From Fibrobacteria bacterium (GTDB lineage Bacteria; Fibrobacterota; Chitinivibrionia; Chitinivibrionales; FEN-1185), in assembly GCA_037447435.1 (NCBI GenBank), contig JBBIGR010000052.1, positions 1 through 30,878 of the forward strand: a DNA stretch of 30,878 nucleotides, given 5' to 3'. The notes under the pieces are model-generated. The model searched no databases, was not told the origin of the DNA, and was given only the letters and a program-made list of their open reading frames with translations. Below are positions 1 through 9,271 of this stretch, piece after piece. How positions within the stretch are numbered: the stretch's first letter is position 1; the number at the start of each line of letters is the position of its first letter. A program made the translations under genes and the position numbers.

Positions 1-53
1 TACGTTCTCCCATTTTGCCTCCGGAAACTGTAAACATATTTCCGGACTAGACC
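1..53 (-). mobile_element. End of an insertion sequence, probably the left end; the rest lies outside the window
   Basis: Bases 2-53 are the exact reverse complement of 30827-30878, and identity stops abruptly at 54. Read on the minus strand it is GGTCTAGTCCGGAAATATGTTTACAG...GGAGGcaaaATGGGAGAACGT, i.e. a terminal sequence, an RBS and a putative transposase start (MGER). It interrupts a lipoprotein ORF. The family is uncertain (IS3- or IS256-like). Confidence 0.75.
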
Positions 54-230
54 TACCGATGCTCCCCTTGCAGGGAGCCCGCCTGCGTACAGCGCCCTGC
101 CGGATACTGTCGCATTGTCTGTAGTCGTCGATCCGCCGCCGTTTCCCGCTATCGAATGCGTACATTGAAAAAGTACGGAACTACAAAGACCACAGAGTAT
201 GGTGAAAGTACTGAAAAAAAAACGTTTCAT
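54..230 (-). pseudogene. 5' part of a lipoprotein gene interrupted by the IS end
   Basis: Own translation: MKRFFFSTFTILCGLCSSVLFQCTHSIAGNGGGSTTTDNATVSGRALYAGGLPARGASV, then the frame enters IS sequence at 53. It has a signal peptide with Cys, a GGGSTTT linker and the start of a carboxypeptidase-regulatory-like domain. It is absent from the ORF track. Confidence 0.75.
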
Positions 231-285
231 ATTGGCAAAATCGCCCTTATTTAATGAATTACAAGCAAGCGCATTTCAGGCTGCC

Positions 286-1984
286 TCACGGCGAAGTCAA
301 GATCATTCCGCCGTAACCCACAGCGACAAGCCGGTTTCCCGCCCAAGTGATGCCGTAAATAGGATCCGAAGTTCCGGATACACGGGACTTCCATGTCGAC
401 GAGCCAACCGAGGTTTGAATTGTGCCGTCTTCTCCGACCGCAACAAAGGTCTTACCGGTCCATGTCACGGCGTTGAGCATCTTTTGCGTACTTGCCGTCA
501 TCTCGAACCAATCAGATCCGTCAACCGATGAGTAAATCGCCGACGCAGGGTAAGTCAAATCCCTGCTCCCTCCAACCGCAATCAATCCCTTACCCCCCCC
601 AGATGATCGAGTTAAGGCTGACAAGGTCGGAAACGCCTGTCCCCGTGGAAGTCCAAGAGACGCCGTCTGTCGATTCATACATCACGGCAAAGCTGTAGTC
701 GCTCACTGTCGTAAAATCGTAATTGTAACCGATGGCAATAAACTTCTTTCCTGTCCAGGCAATGGAATACCAAATGACTATTCCGCCATTCTGTTTTGTC
801 CATGTTGTTCCGTCGCGCGAGGTGACCACGTTATTGTAATTGAGCCCGGAATTGATAAATTGTCCGCCAACGGCAACGTATTGGGAACCGGTCCAGACCA
901 CCGATTGCAGGCCATAGGTCGTTGAGGAGTTCTGTATGGTCCAGGTCGTACCGTTCCCCGATGTCAGGATCGTACCGTCATCACCGACGGCGACGAACTG
1001 AGTCCCGGCCCATATCACGCAATTGAGGCACGACGTGACGCCGGAAACCCTCGCAGTCCAGGCGACACCGTCCGGCGAGGTCAGGATCGTGCCCGTGTTC
1101 CCAACTACTACGATCAGAGAACCATTCCATGCCACGCCGATCAAACCGTTCCCGTTACCTGAATTCCTGCTTGTCCAAACCCTTCCTTCAGCAGCATTGG
1201 AAAAGGTGGCACTGATCGTGATATCCGAATCGATCGTGGTTTCAATAAAATCTTCGCTGAACCCAAGGGGTGCCATATTTCCACCCCACGAAACCAATTC
1301 GTATGTGGAATCCGGGGTCGCGATCAAGGTCACGTCGGTTCCTGGTTTGTACTTATAGCCGTCGCCCCATTTGATGCCCGGCGGGGAAAACGTTATTCGT
1401 CCGTGTAAAGGTTGAGGATTCACCCGAATCGTGAAGAAAGTCATTTTTGGGTCTAGGATAAAATTGGCCGTAATGGTTCCGCTCCGTGATACAACCAGTG
1501 ACGAAGCGGAATCCGTTCCGTTTAGAAGGCCGCTCCAATTCGCAAAGACAACACCCGAGTCGTGCATCACATTCACCGAAATCACTGTTCCGCTGTCATA
1601 CACTCCGCCAAGCGGCAATAAGCCGATACTGCCGTTTTCCGAAGAAGTAAGAATGGTGAAAACTTTTTTGCCCGTGGTGTTATTGACAAAATCGGCAAAT
1701 ACGGAAACGTTCTTTTGCATGACGATAACCATCGTATTCGTTATCGACACGTAGTCGCCATGCCATCCTGTAAAGGTATACCCCGAAGCCGCGGTCGCAG
1801 TAACTTTTACCGTATCCCCAAAATCGTATTCCTGTTTATCCGGAACCCGGACAACGGTTCCAACAACCGAGGTTTCCGTTGTCGAAAGCGTGTAGGTGGT
1901 TTTTACGGAATTGCCGGGACCAACGACAGTATTGCTGCAAGACATAACTAATACCGTTGCAATAACGGCTGCGAAATGCTTCAT
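286..1984 (-). pseudogene. Surface lipoprotein with three InlB-B/bacterial-repeat-like domains and a BNR/WD40-like beta-propeller, frameshifted at a G8 tract (593-600)
   Basis: Start MKHFAAVIATVLVMSC (lipobox; RBS GAGGAG) at 1984. Repeats include YDFGDTVKVTATAASGYTFTGW, and propeller repeats read W.G..FVAVG..GTILTS. ORF 590..2047 stops at IIWGG*, and ORF 286..678 continues the same repeats in another frame (KGLIAVGG...VAVGYGGMILTSP). Confidence 0.85.
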
Positions 1985-2081
1985 CGTATTCTCCTCTGAA
2001 TTTCCTGGTATTTTTTTGTAAACAGGGCGATTGCAAACTATTATCAATAGTATACATCCCTTTCACCAAACTTGTAAATAG

Positions 2082-2117
2082 CCAAAGAGGAATACTTAGT
2101 ATAAGATTCCTCTTTGG
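2082..2117. terminator. Stem-loop, probable terminator downstream of TIGR02147
   Basis: CCAAAGAGGAAT-N12-ATTCCTCTTTGG with perfect 12-bp arms; the U tract is weak. Confidence 0.5.
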
Positions 2118-2404
2118 TGAGACACGTTCTCAAATTGCAAAAGCTCGTCGGCTTTACAAATTCCGTATGCGATCAGTGCTTTGCGTAATGCCCAATCACC
2201 GTCATAGTTGACCCAAGTTTGGTTTGCAATGATGTCAATGTCAGCGTCGATCCCGAAACGACGTATGCATGTTTTTGCGAAAACAAAGGGTCCGTAAACT
2301 CCTTTAGGATTTTTTCATTCGGTTATTGTCACTTTTCACCTTTTCTATTCAGAAATCGCCTCTCATGCGACGCGTCTTTCACCCATGAGTTGCGATGATT
2401 CCTT

Positions 2405-3247
2405 CTATTTTTTAACTTCTTTGGTATTTTTCCGGCGGGCAACAGGAAAAAGTTGCAAATTCATCTGATACACGCTGTCGACATCAGCGCTGTTATGCAC
2501 GATAGCTGCGATACGGTCTTTGAACGATTCTATTTCAGCGCACAAAACATCATAACTCGATTTCGACAATCCCACGGTCATGCCCGACACATTGCGCTCG
2601 GTGTTTTCTATCGTATCAACAGCTTGTTTTGCCAAATCGATCATGGTTTTGTTAAAAGCCCGTATCGCCGGGCCTGCTATTTCCCGGTTAGTCGCCAATG
2701 CCCGGTCCGTATGCCGGTATGTCCCGTCCGGTTGTTTTACAATTAAACCGATGCGCAGCAACAGCTTCACGGAAGTCGCTGCTTCCTTTTTGGTAATCGG
2801 CGGCACTATCGACGATGCAAGGGCCAAAAAGTCATCTTCAAAATCATGCTGACAAATGAGTTCACGGATCACGACATTATACCATTTGCTCAGATACTCG
2901 AATTGTTCGCTGCCCAGAACATGGCGCGACACATTATTGCTCATGGTCACTAAAACCGCATAATGGTCTTGTTTTTCTTCAGCGGTTTTGGCCTGATTGA
3001 ATTGAACCAGATGCTTGAAAAACCGCGACTCATGCTTGTTAAAAGACAGCGCCTTGGTAAATTTATCGATCATCTCGACGCTGATGTTGCTTTTTCCCTC
3101 CATAACGAGCTTCAGAAACACGGGAGATGAAATACCGGCCTTGCTGCAGAAATACCGGTACGAAAAATGCCGGGTTGTTGCCTTTTTCTCCGAATAATAA
3201 TCCCGAAGAAATAAGCGGTAATCGATGTACTGGAATACAGGTTTCAT
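2405..3247 (-). CDS. TIGR02147 family protein (DUF4423; putative DNA-binding regulator)
   Basis: N-terminus MKPVFQYIDYRLFLRDYY...FSYRYFCSKAGISSP, central WYNVVIREL and C-terminal ERNVSGMTVG...VYQMNLQLFP are typical of this Fibrobacterota-expanded family. Start moved from 3310 to the ATG at 3247. Confidence 0.9.
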   Translation of the reverse strand: MKPVFQYIDYRLFLRDYYSEKKATTRHFSYRYFCSKAGISSPVFLKLVMEGKSNISVEMIDKFTKALSFNKHESRFFKHLVQFNQAKTAEEKQDHYAVLVTMSNNVSRHVLGSEQFEYLSKWYNVVIRELICQHDFEDDFLALASSIVPPITKKEAATSVKLLLRIGLIVKQPDGTYRHTDRALATNREIAGPAIRAFNKTMIDLAKQAVDTIENTERNVSGMTVGLSKSSYDVLCAEIESFKDRIAAIVHNSADVDSVYQMNLQLFPVARRKNTKEVKK

Positions 3248-3320
3248 ACTATTGAGTATACAAAATCCTGCATTTAAAAAGCCAACAATATTTGGGCTGT
3301 TTTTCTTCATAATTTTTATT

Positions 3321-3575
3321 ATGATACATTTTTAGTTGTATCTTATTGATTTTATTGGTATTATTTTAATTATATGATTTTTATTATATTTTTATGATAC
3401 ATTAAATTTAAAGCATCGTTTCTATCGGCTTCCTGCCTTAGATAGATTTCAAGATCATTGCCGCCGGTATTTTGGGGGGATGTTTTTCCCTGTTGTATAT
3501 AAGATACACTTCTTTACATGCAAACACACGCTAAAAGCAGGATGTATGAAAGATTCCGTATCATGTCATGATACA
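3321..3575. promoter_or_regulatory. Cluster of GATACA/TGTATC half-sites, putative operators
   Basis: GATACA at 3323, 3396, 3503 and 3570; TGTATC at 3337; TGTAT at 3494; perfect palindrome GTATCATG-T-CATGATAC at 3558-3574. All lie in an AT-rich intergenic region. Confidence 0.55.
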
Positions 3576-3648
3576 ACAGAGGCACAGTACGATCTAAATT
3601 GACCCAAGAGAAACATGACTTTCCCGGGCTATGAGAAAAGCGGTTTCG

Positions 3649-4581
3649 TTATTTCGAGAGGAACAAGGGGTTTTTCACACCGCGCACGAAGTCATTGACA
3701 AATTTAATATATCGGCCGAAACCGATCACGGTGGGCAGATTGCTGTGACCGCCGCCTTCCACCTCGACATAGTAACCCTCCGGACCGGAATAATTGTTCC
3801 AAATAGGAAGACCGTTTGTCGATCGTTCGAGGGTTTCGTCATTGGTTCCGTGGAGCCAGAAAAACGGGACCTTCACTTTTTTTATTTTTTCAGAATTATC
3901 GCTGGTGTACGTAGAGAGATACGACCGGGGAATATCGAGATAGGAGCCGTCATCCGTCAATGTCGCGATACTGTGTATCGGTACTTCCAAAACGAACTTG
4001 ATCATTTGTGAATCAATGTCGTTTGAGGCCATTTCGGTGGCCGGAATGGACCCGAGCGACATTCCGTAAATCACCACATGTGGATTACCGAGTTTTTCCT
4101 TTGCAAATTTCATGGCTGCGCGCGCGTCGCTAAAAAGGCCCTGTTCGGTTGTGGCACCGGCGCTGCTCCCGAATCCCTGATAATCGATGGCAAGCACAGA
4201 AAAGCCGGATGCAAAAAGCAAGCGGATGCGCGGCCAATAATAGTCCAGGTTCCCTGTATTTCCGTGAAAAAAAACAATCAGGGTGTCTGTGGGCTTTAAT
4301 ATGGAATCAGCGGCAAGCAACACGGCCGCAATGGTGTTTCCGCCGCTTGACAATGAGTACAAATGGATATCGGACGTTGAATATTTGTTTTCAACAATAC
4401 CCGATTTTTCCAAAGCAGCGATTGAATCCGGCGCATTGCTGCAACTTTTTTGTCCGGTATACGCATCAAACGAATACGAGTTTTCTTTTGTCGGGTTAAA
4501 TAAAAACGGATCGAGGCTAAAACACCCTATTACGAAAAAAATAACGACGCAGCAAAGAATCAGTCGTTGTGCCGTTTTCAT
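3649..4581 (-). CDS. Alpha/beta hydrolase lipoprotein (ABHD/Hydrolase_4-like)
   Basis: Motifs FFHGNTGN, IDYQGFGSS, nucleophile elbow GMSLG, HGTNDE and GGGHS; lipobox VIGC. The ATG at 4581 overlaps the upstream stop (ATGA). Confidence 0.88.
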   Translation of the reverse strand: MKTAQRLILCCVVIFFVIGCFSLDPFLFNPTKENSYSFDAYTGQKSCSNAPDSIAALEKSGIVENKYSTSDIHLYSLSSGGNTIAAVLLAADSILKPTDTLIVFFHGNTGNLDYYWPRIRLLFASGFSVLAIDYQGFGSSAGATTEQGLFSDARAAMKFAKEKLGNPHVVIYGMSLGSIPATEMASNDIDSQMIKFVLEVPIHSIATLTDDGSYLDIPRSYLSTYTSDNSEKIKKVKVPFFWLHGTNDETLERSTNGLPIWNNYSGPEGYYVEVEGGGHSNLPTVIGFGRYIKFVNDFVRGVKNPLFLSK

Positions 4582-5285
4582 TTTCCGCCTCCAAAATCCC
4601 TGCTCGCGCCGAGAAAAAGTCCAAACACGCCGTAGTTTCCCGGACCTAAATAATGTGCGCCTCGCCCTCTGTTCCACAGATTCGGCGTATACAGTTCACC
4701 TTGAATCTGATAATGCCATTTCCCGCATTCCATATCGATGCCGACTGCCGGAGCAATCAGCCAATGCTCTTGTTGCGCTAAGCCGTCGTCCCGGGTAGAA
4801 CAAAGATCGAACCAGTTTTCCAATGCAATATAGGGGCGCCACCATTTTTCCCTGTTCCACCAGGCGGTTATCGATATATCGGGGTAACAACGGAAATTTT
4901 TCATGGTGAACTCGGATATCGGATCAATATCCTCTGTCAAATAAACCGCCGGACTTATGATGAGTCCGGGAATCCAGCCTGCAGGTACTGTGGGGCGATA
5001 ATTGACTCCGGCGTTCAATTCACCGATGCCGAAAAGCGCCTGTGTCACGCCGAGGCCCGCTTCAATATCGATGGTCTTCGACATTCCGTAGTTATAGCCG
5101 AGCGATAAAAGCGGCAGCGGCACATACATACCGAATAGCTGCGTGAAAGGACCGCCGCAGCTCACGCCGACCGACGATTCGCCGACTTCAAGCGGCGTGA
5201 TACGCCGTATTGCAGAGCAACCGAACGAAAGCATAAGGCATAAAGCCAGAATGGAAGTTGACTTTGCAGACGTTTTCAACGGCAT
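4578..5285 (-). CDS. Hypothetical lipoprotein, probable outer-membrane beta-barrel
   Basis: Lipobox LSFGC and alternating amphipathic strands (SLGYNYG, ELNAGVNY, GLFLGASRDF). It is translationally coupled to the hydrolase. Confidence 0.65.
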   Translation of the reverse strand: MPLKTSAKSTSILALCLMLSFGCSAIRRITPLEVGESSVGVSCGGPFTQLFGMYVPLPLLSLGYNYGMSKTIDIEAGLGVTQALFGIGELNAGVNYRPTVPAGWIPGLIISPAVYLTEDIDPISEFTMKNFRCYPDISITAWWNREKWWRPYIALENWFDLCSTRDDGLAQQEHWLIAPAVGIDMECGKWHYQIQGELYTPNLWNRGRGAHYLGPGNYGVFGLFLGASRDFGGGK

Positions 5286-5375
5286 AAATCCTTACCACGA
5301 TTTTGCGACAGGAACCGATCAAACTTTCATTTTCGATTACTATACGATAATTTCCTGCACAAAAAAAATGCAACA

Positions 5376-6896
5376 TTATTTTTTAAGGATTTTATCACCG
5401 GGCAAAACTATCCTGTTTGTATACCTTACATTTTCTCCCGCCGATACATTAACAAAGTAAACGCCTTTTGCGGCGGTTTTCCACAATACTTCTTTAGAGG
5501 CATTGCAATCGATTCGTTTCAGGGTGGTTCCCAATGCGTCGACGATTTCTATCATTGCCCCAAAAGCGGTATTGTTCCTGATCCTGATGCACTGTCCGCT
5601 AATCAACACCGATACCGGATTCGACGGGATGTATTGCCGGTTTGTCATAGACCCGGTCAGCAACGATCCGCGTATCCAGTCTTCGGTAAACATAAGCGAG
5701 CGCATCGAGTGATAACTTGCTTTCCACGCATCGCCCATATTGGTCGTTCCGTTTACCGTGCCGTCGGCATTGCATGTGTTGTACCATTCCCCCGCCGCGG
5801 GACTAAGCTGGTATTTCTCTATCCAATTGAGCGTACCCTCAAGCCTGTTCAGGTGGATGGTATCTTTTGTAAATTTGTACGTCCACCAGAGTCCTTCCAT
5901 AGCCTCCGCCTGTATCCACCAAACTTTTGTGAGTGTGGTGGGATTTCCCGCTACCGGTCCCTGCGTGTAATAGCCGCCCATTGCCGCATGCCACCCTTTT
6001 GCGCCCGAAAATGTCCCCAGCGAGGTAGACGTCGCGATAATCGCCGAATCCTGCATTCTCCCAAGTACGCGCGCCGCCTCCATGAGAAGCCAGGCTGCTT
6101 CCAAATCGTGGCCGTAGCTCACCGTTGCCGGTGCCACCGGCGTCCAATTTGCGGAAAATTCCAGATTATTATATCCTTGCGGTTGCTTTACTTTGGTTAT
6201 CATGATGTTGACCATTTCAAGCAATCGTGCTTTTACCAGAGAGTCTTTTGTCGCTTCATATAATGTCGTGAAAGTTTCCATCAAATGCATTTGCGTATTT
6301 GTTTCCTTGACCCCGCCATACTGCAAAAAATTAGGCTCGGCGGTTTCTGTATATCCGCCGTATTGCGCATCATGCCGTGCTTTATCCAACGCAAGAAAGC
6401 ATTTGAGCGCATAATCCGCGGCCTCGGGCTTTTTAAATGCCATGGAATATTGGGAAAGCGCATAAATGGTGAAACCGTCCATATACAACTGACTATTGGC
6501 ATCTTTTATCGCGCCTTGTTCCGTCACTGTGGTATAAAACCGGCCCGTGGCCGGGTTGCGAAAATATTTGATGATAAAATTATAAAGGTTATCGGCAATT
6601 GCTTTTATGGAATCCGATTGTTCCCGTCTTTGATAATAGGTTGAAAAGGCCCATAAATGCCTTGCTTCCTGCACGATTCCCTTGTCGGTGGGTGTTGTTT
6701 TATTGCCGTTTTTATCCATGGTCCCTAAAAAGCCTCCGTAAACCGTATCCGGCCCGTGCTTTTTCCAGAAGGTAATGCATTTTGTTCCGAGAACGTGGAT
6801 TCGGTCGGCAATGGTTTGCAAACGAGATTGCGAAACATCCGCGTAACTTTGTGCTTGTACAAACAGTAATACAAATAGAATGAAGAATCTTTTCAT
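5376..6896 (-). CDS. Secreted AGE-family epimerase (cellobiose 2-epimerase-like) with a T9SS-like C-terminal domain
   Basis: Motifs DTVYGGF, EARHLWAFS, NTQMHLMET, SYGHDLEAAWLL, KVWWIQAE and WKASYH. Signal peptide MKRFFILFVLLFVQAQSYA (RBS GGAGG). C-terminal tail IVDALG...GVYFVNV. Confidence 0.9.
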   Translation of the reverse strand: MKRFFILFVLLFVQAQSYADVSQSRLQTIADRIHVLGTKCITFWKKHGPDTVYGGFLGTMDKNGNKTTPTDKGIVQEARHLWAFSTYYQRREQSDSIKAIADNLYNFIIKYFRNPATGRFYTTVTEQGAIKDANSQLYMDGFTIYALSQYSMAFKKPEAADYALKCFLALDKARHDAQYGGYTETAEPNFLQYGGVKETNTQMHLMETFTTLYEATKDSLVKARLLEMVNIMITKVKQPQGYNNLEFSANWTPVAPATVSYGHDLEAAWLLMEAARVLGRMQDSAIIATSTSLGTFSGAKGWHAAMGGYYTQGPVAGNPTTLTKVWWIQAEAMEGLWWTYKFTKDTIHLNRLEGTLNWIEKYQLSPAAGEWYNTCNADGTVNGTTNMGDAWKASYHSMRSLMFTEDWIRGSLLTGSMTNRQYIPSNPVSVLISGQCIRIRNNTAFGAMIEIVDALGTTLKRIDCNASKEVLWKTAAKGVYFVNVSAGENVRYTNRIVLPGDKILKK

Positions 6897-7132
6897 GGTC
6901 CCCTCCAAAAAAAAGAATTTTTCAAATGTGATTTTGTTACCAATATAACAAATTGTCGGCCAATTTTCAGATATTATTCTTGGAAAGATAGTCGGATGGA
7001 ACATTTTTTTATTTCATGTCCGTATTCTTCATATATTATCCGTATTCGATTGGAATCGGTTTTTCCGGTATTACTATGAAGACGTTTAACGATACTATCG
7101 GGCAACGTAACCACCTTTAAAGGAAAGCTCTT

Positions 7133-8668
7133 ATGAAAAAGCACATTGCCGCATTCCTATTTCTCTTTTGTTTTTTATGCCCCGCATTTGCCGACGAAGC
7201 CGATGATCTGATTAAACTTGCGCAATCGGGCGTTGATGAAGAAGTATTGCTTGCCTACATCAATCAGTCTCCTGCGCCGATCGACCTTTCCGCCGACGAT
7301 GTCATAACATTAAACGATCTCGGCGTATCGTCCCGGGTCATCAGCGAAGCATTACGTCACGGGCTTGGCGATACGGTAATCGCGCCCCAGGATACGGTCG
7401 CCGCTGTCGTCCCGGAAACAACGACGTCGGTTGCCGTTTCATCGCAGGTAGTTGCTCCGCAGGAAAAAAACCTGAACATATCATATTTCTATGAAGCAAT
7501 GAATCCATACGGCATCTGGCGATACGTCGATAACGTATGGTGCTGGCAACCCAATGCAACCGTTGTGGATTACAGTTGGGCTCCCTATTGCAATCATGGA
7601 CATTGGGTATACACGGATTTGGGTTGGGCTTGGGTATCCGATTATTCATGGGGATGGGCCGCGTTCCATTACGGACGTTGGCATCGCGACCGTGAACTGG
7701 GATGGCTTTGGACGCCGGGTACGGAATGGAGTCCTGCCTGGGTTTCCTGGCGAACAAGTGCCGACTATTGCGGATGGGCGCCGTTGCCGCCAAAGGCGCG
7801 ATTTGTCCGTAGCGTAGGGTTTTACTATGGCGATAAACGGGTCCGCGACGATTTCGAATTCGATTTGACCGCAGACGATTATTTCTTCGTTCATGCCGGT
7901 CATTTCTGCGATCAAAATCCCTGGGAACATGTCGAACCGCAAAGCCGTACCGCGCATCTCTATAAAGCAACTACCGTGGTCAAAAGTAATTACACTGTTG
8001 TCAACGACAACCTCGTCAACCGCGGACCACAACTGTCGGTTATTTCAAAAAACACGAACGCCCCGATAAAACAGATTCAAATCGTCGGCGACAACATCAA
8101 GCCCGGTCAACCCGTCCATGCGGGACTTGTAAAACAGAATCAACTTGTCATGTACAAACCGATAATCGCTCCTGTTGCGCCCGAAACGCCGATAGCCGTA
8201 AAGCAACGAATCATAAAAACCTCGGTTCCCCTTCCTTCTGTTATCAAGCAACAACCGACAGAACAACGCGCCCAGCTTTTCCAAAAGCGTCATGAGGATG
8301 CCCGCGCACTTGCGGCAAAAAAGCAACATTTGGCTGCCGACTCGGCCGAACGCGAACGCGCCCGGCTGGAACAACAGGCTCAAAAAGAAGAAGACCTTAA
8401 GAAACGCGCCGCATTAAAAGCCGATGCGGCGGTCCAGGCCATGAAGGCAAAAGAGGCGAAACTGCATGCCGAACGGGCCGAAAAATGGAAACAACCCGAA
8501 GAAACTCCATTGCCTAAAATCAAGAAAGAAAATACTGCGGTCAAAGACTCCCTCAACGAGCGCAAGGCATTGCTTAAATCTCTCAAACTGCAGGAACAGG
8601 CCGAAAAACGGAAAAAGAAGGCGCTCGAAGAACAGCAGCGGAAAGACGCCGAATTGCAAAACAAGTAA
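7133..8668 (+). CDS. Exported DUF6600-like Trp-rich protein with a C-terminal coiled coil
   Basis: Signal peptide; Trp-rich core PYGIW...WAPYCNHGHWVYTDLGWAWVSDYSWGWAAFHYGRW...WSPAWVSWR...GWAPLPP; K/E/A/Q-rich helical tail. Confidence 0.8.
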   Translation: MKKHIAAFLFLFCFLCPAFADEADDLIKLAQSGVDEEVLLAYINQSPAPIDLSADDVITLNDLGVSSRVISEALRHGLGDTVIAPQDTVAAVVPETTTSVAVSSQVVAPQEKNLNISYFYEAMNPYGIWRYVDNVWCWQPNATVVDYSWAPYCNHGHWVYTDLGWAWVSDYSWGWAAFHYGRWHRDRELGWLWTPGTEWSPAWVSWRTSADYCGWAPLPPKARFVRSVGFYYGDKRVRDDFEFDLTADDYFFVHAGHFCDQNPWEHVEPQSRTAHLYKATTVVKSNYTVVNDNLVNRGPQLSVISKNTNAPIKQIQIVGDNIKPGQPVHAGLVKQNQLVMYKPIIAPVAPETPIAVKQRIIKTSVPLPSVIKQQPTEQRAQLFQKRHEDARALAAKKQHLAADSAERERARLEQQAQKEEDLKKRAALKADAAVQAMKAKEAKLHAERAEKWKQPEETPLPKIKKENTAVKDSLNERKALLKSLKLQEQAEKRKKKALEEQQRKDAELQNK

Positions 8669-8696
8669 ATCGGGCCTTTTGTTGCGGGAAATCCGG

Positions 8697-9242
8697 TTAT
8701 ATACCGGATTTCCCGTTTGCGATTTCAACCAGGGAATTCACCGTTTTCCAATTTCTGGTTGTCGCCGTCACCCTGAGCTTTCTCTCAAACACGGCATTGG
8801 TCAATTTCGTCCTGCCGTACCCGTTGGGATAGAACAAATAAATTTCTTTACCCGAAATGATAAATTCCTCTTTTTCGGTTCCCACTTTATTAAGTTCGTC
8901 GAGAGGAATCGAAGACGGCTCAGCGGATAAAAACGTTACATACAGATGGTCGATGTCTTTTTTCAGGAATGGATTTTTCTTTATCGCGATTTGCATTTCA
9001 TCTTTTAACCTGATGATAACCGGCACCTCAAACCCAAAAGTCTTAGCGATTTCTTTTTGAATTTTCTCTTCCAAAGCCGATGGTTTGACATTAGAACTTT
9101 CAAACACCACGTTTCCGCTTTGAATAAATGTTCGGGAATTCTTAAATCCCAACCCATCATACATCATCTTCAACGCGTCCATTTTAATCATTTTCTGGCC
9201 ACTTACGTTGATTCCGCGGAGCATGGAAATATAGGTTTTCAT
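8697..9242 (-). CDS. DUF1697 family protein
   Basis: Motifs YISMLRGINVSG, TFIQSGNVVF and TATTRNWKTV. Confidence 0.92.
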   Translation of the reverse strand: MKTYISMLRGINVSGQKMIKMDALKMMYDGLGFKNSRTFIQSGNVVFESSNVKPSALEEKIQKEIAKTFGFEVPVIIRLKDEMQIAIKKNPFLKKDIDHLYVTFLSAEPSSIPLDELNKVGTEKEEFIISGKEIYLFYPNGYGRTKLTNAVFERKLRVTATTRNWKTVNSLVEIANGKSGI

Positions 9243-9271
9243 GTTTTTTCCCAATTTTTTGATAGGCTATA

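Noticed and set aside
286..1180. Repeated DNA segments (GTCAGGATCGT..., CCGACGGCGAC...) as a CRISPR array or DGR template/variable repeats
   Set aside because: They are the coding repeats of the beta-propeller. There are no identical spaced repeats, no adenine-specific mismatch pattern was apparent, and there is no cas or reverse transcriptase gene.
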